Assembly: GCF_006345805.1 (NCBI RefSeq)
Contig: NC_043004.1
Coordinates: 17,546,001-17,610,000, forward strand
Reading direction: 5' to 3'
Source: Octopus sinensis
Taxonomy: Eukaryota
Length of the DNA: 64,000 nucleotides
Shown here: piece after piece, positions 61,319 through 64,000 of the stretch
How the letters are laid out: the number at the start of each line of letters is the position of its first letter
How positions within the stretch are numbered: the first letter of the stretch is position 1
Notes under the pieces: model-generated
The model's database searches: none
What the model saw: the letters and a program-made list of their open reading frames with translations, nothing else
What the model was told of the DNA's origin: nothing
Made by a program: the position numbers and the translations under genes

Positions 61319-62537
61319 TTGGGTAAAGGAGTAATTCATGAGCGTTTTTATCAAATTTATTTTAAACAAAAAAAAAAATTACAACAAATTAATCAATAAT
61401 ATACTCTTCGTTGTTGTTTACGACTTTCTCCGATCGTTCAATAAGTTTCTCGATGCCCCACAGATAGACATCTCCCGGTATTGACTCAAAGAATTCGTCC
61501 AACCAAGCCTTCAATTCCACGTCATTATTGAACGATACGACGCGCAAAGCGTTCGAAAGCGGTCGAAAAAGATGAAAATCTGATGACACTAAGTCTGGAG
61601 AGTATGGAGGATGAGGCAGAACTTTCCATTCGAGTTCTTGAATCGTGGTTTGGTCATACTGGCGATGTGAGGACGGGCGTTGTCGTGTTGTAGAGGAACG
61701 CCATATCGCCTATTTGGTCTTTTTTGCTGTTTGGTTGTGCTCAAGCAAGCAGGTGGTAATGAATTATGTTTTCCTAGTCCCATCATACACACAACGTGTT
61801 CTATCGAGTATGAAGGTCTTGTTTTGTTCGCGGGGTCACTCGGTTGTCGGGGCTGGTCATTCTTTTCGTTGCTTCACATTGACGTAAAGGCACCATTTTT
61901 CATCGCCAGTGACAATACAGTAAAGGAAACGTAGTTTGTGACCATGTGTTGAGCAATGTTGAGTGAGCAAACTGGCGGCGATTGTGGAGCATTGATTTTT
62001 GTTGTTTTCGCTCAAAGTTTCTGAACTTTTTCCATTAAGTGAAGGTGGTTCACCACAGTTTTTTTTAATCACAATCCAACTGCTCCGCCAATTCTCTAGA
62101 CTTTGATGTGGATTTTTGTGAAGAAGTTGATTCAATCACTCTTCATCGAACTCAATTGGTCGACTGGTGTATGATCCGCCCTTGAGGTTAAAATTCCCAT
62201 TTTGAAGCGCAAAAGCCAACAGTACTTTAAAGCATTGCTCCTTCTCCATACACAGCACAAATCTCATGAGCAGCTTTAGCGGCCTTAACACCTCGATTAA
62301 ATGCACAAAGGAAATGGTGTCGAAAATGCTCAGTTTCGTCCACTTGACATTCCATTTTAATGATCTGAAAAAACATAAAAAATCAATAAAATTATAAACT
62401 GAAAACACTATCTTGTAGAGCAAAAAATCAATTCCCTTTTAAATAACATAAAACATTTTGCCAATGCGTTTTATTTCTGTGGGCATTTTTAAATTTGAAA
62501 GAAAAAAAAAACGCCCATGAATTATTTCCCAACCCAA
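61319..62537 (-). mobile_element. Mariner (DD34D) transposon, full length, decayed transposase 61389-62355
   Basis: About 30-bp TIRs ttgggt..taattcatg.gcgttttt; TA TSD at 61317-18 and 62538-39; TGDEKW, QHDNARPH, HPPYSPDL.SSDFHLF. Confidence 0.93.
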
Positions 62538-62879
62538 TAATATTTTGAAATTCATTGAGTGCACGAACTATATTTAGTTTTTAGATATTTCTCTTCTCTT
62601 TACTTCATACCGTTGAAACAAATCACCCAGGCGACTGAATTTACTGCATAATCGCAGCCAGCCCAAAGTGATATTTTAAGCATAAAAGGAGGAAAATAAT
62701 AAAAGACTTTATGAGGTTGCTAGTTGCATTAAAATGACATTGTTGCGTTGATATCTTTCTCAAGAACTTTAAACAATTAAGGTAGGTCATTTGAATCGGA
62801 TGTAAAATTATGTCGAATTTTTCCCCATTTGTCTGAATAATATACATTTTGCAAAATAAAATATTTTAAATGACGCACA

Positions 62880-63830
62880 ACGGCGGCGAACTGGAAGAAT
62901 CGTTAGCATATCGGACATAATGGTAAGCGGCGTTTCTTCCGGTTCTTTATGTTCTGAATTCATACATCGCTGAGATCAGTTTTACGTTTCATCCTTTCGG
63001 GTTTGATAAAGCACCAATCAAGTACCGCGATCAATCTAATCGATTTGTCTCCTTCACTCAAAATTCTCTGCTCTGAATCCTGCAGGGGTTCAGAAGAGAG
63101 AATTCAGGGAAATGTGATCTAGATCATTTATACCCCATGGAAACCGGGTGAATGGTCGTATGAGTTTCAAGGCCCAAGAAAAATAGCAAAAAAAAAAACA
63201 AAAAACAATAACGCATTACTTCCTATTACTTTGTTGAGGAAAATGTAGATTGCTGGAATATAGTTTGTTTGAACACGGAGCTAACAGTAGGTTAGCTCCG
63301 TGTTCAAATCCTATACAAGTTGAACGCTTTAGATCGATAAAAAATATTCCAGATATTTTGGTTTCCAGTTTTGGCACAAGGCCTGCGATATTGGGGGAGC
63401 GGGTAAGTCGATTACATTAACGCCAGTGCTCAACGGGTACTTATTTTATCGACCCCGAAAGGGCTGAAGGTAAAATCGAGTTCGCCGAAATTTGAACTCA
63501 GAACATGAAGGCGGACGAAATGCAGCTAAACAGTTTGTCCGGCGTGCTAACGATTCTGCCAGCTCGCTGCTTTAGCCACCTTTGAAATATTACATTTGCA
63601 TAGAAATGAGTTTTTCCAATTTTGGTACAAGACCAGCAGTTTTAGGTGAAGGGGTTTGTCGAATACATTGACCCCAGTGATCAAATGGTACTTATTTTAT
63701 TGGCCCCGAAAAGATGAAAAGCAAAGTCGACCGCGGCAGAATCTGAACTCAGAATGTAAAGAGCCGCAAAGAATTTCACTAAACATTTTGTCCGGCGTGG
63801 TAACAATTCTATCAGTTCGTCACCTTGACC
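62880..63830. mobile_element. Three decayed SINE family 1 monomers (62880-63065 +; 63365-63575 -; 63612-63830 -)
   Basis: Diagnostic head and core motifs. Confidence 0.75.
63268..63308. other. Perfect 18-bp stem, 5-nt loop hairpin
   Basis: tttgaacacggagctaac-agtag-gttagctccgtgttcaaa. Confidence 0.95.
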
Positions 63831-64000
63831 CACAAAGTAATTACGAAATGTTCATTAGCTAAATACGGTCCTTTATCGTAAAAAGGAATCAATTTATTTC
63901 ACTATGGCATTTATTGCTTGTCGTTTTTATTCATGTCTTTACCATTTGTACTGTCGACCGATAGACTATAATTGCTTGAAGCGAACCGTCGAAAGCAGGA

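Overview
AT-rich eukaryotic DNA, intergenic or intronic, most likely from an octopod cephalopod (inferred from the SINE/LINE repertoire and microsatellite load; not verifiable here). No host protein-coding gene, rRNA, true tRNA or CRISPR array can be supported. Nearly all listed ORFs are microsatellite noise or transposon fragments. The window holds about 35 tRNA-derived SINE copies in three families, CR1-like LINEs, and a same-strand pile-up of R4/Dong-like restriction-endonuclease (REL) LINEs. One REL LINE (54.2-57.9 kb) is probably intact. Also present are Penelope-like (PLE) RT and GIY-YIG fragments, a hAT/Buster element nested in the GIY-YIG gene, a mariner, a piggyBac-type MITE and several fold-backs. 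The most notable signal is invisible in the ORF track: ten type I hammerhead ribozyme (HHR) motifs from seven sequence-distinct families, eight of them in the first 16 kb. Each family has its own (near-)palindromic helix III, several have unusually long helix II arms, and one sits in a tandem-plus-inverted retrozyme/pseudo-LTR-like array. Frameshifts checked in the two youngest LINEs are single-base deletions in homopolymer or doubled bases, which suggests long-read consensus error. Small indels in this window should therefore be treated with caution.
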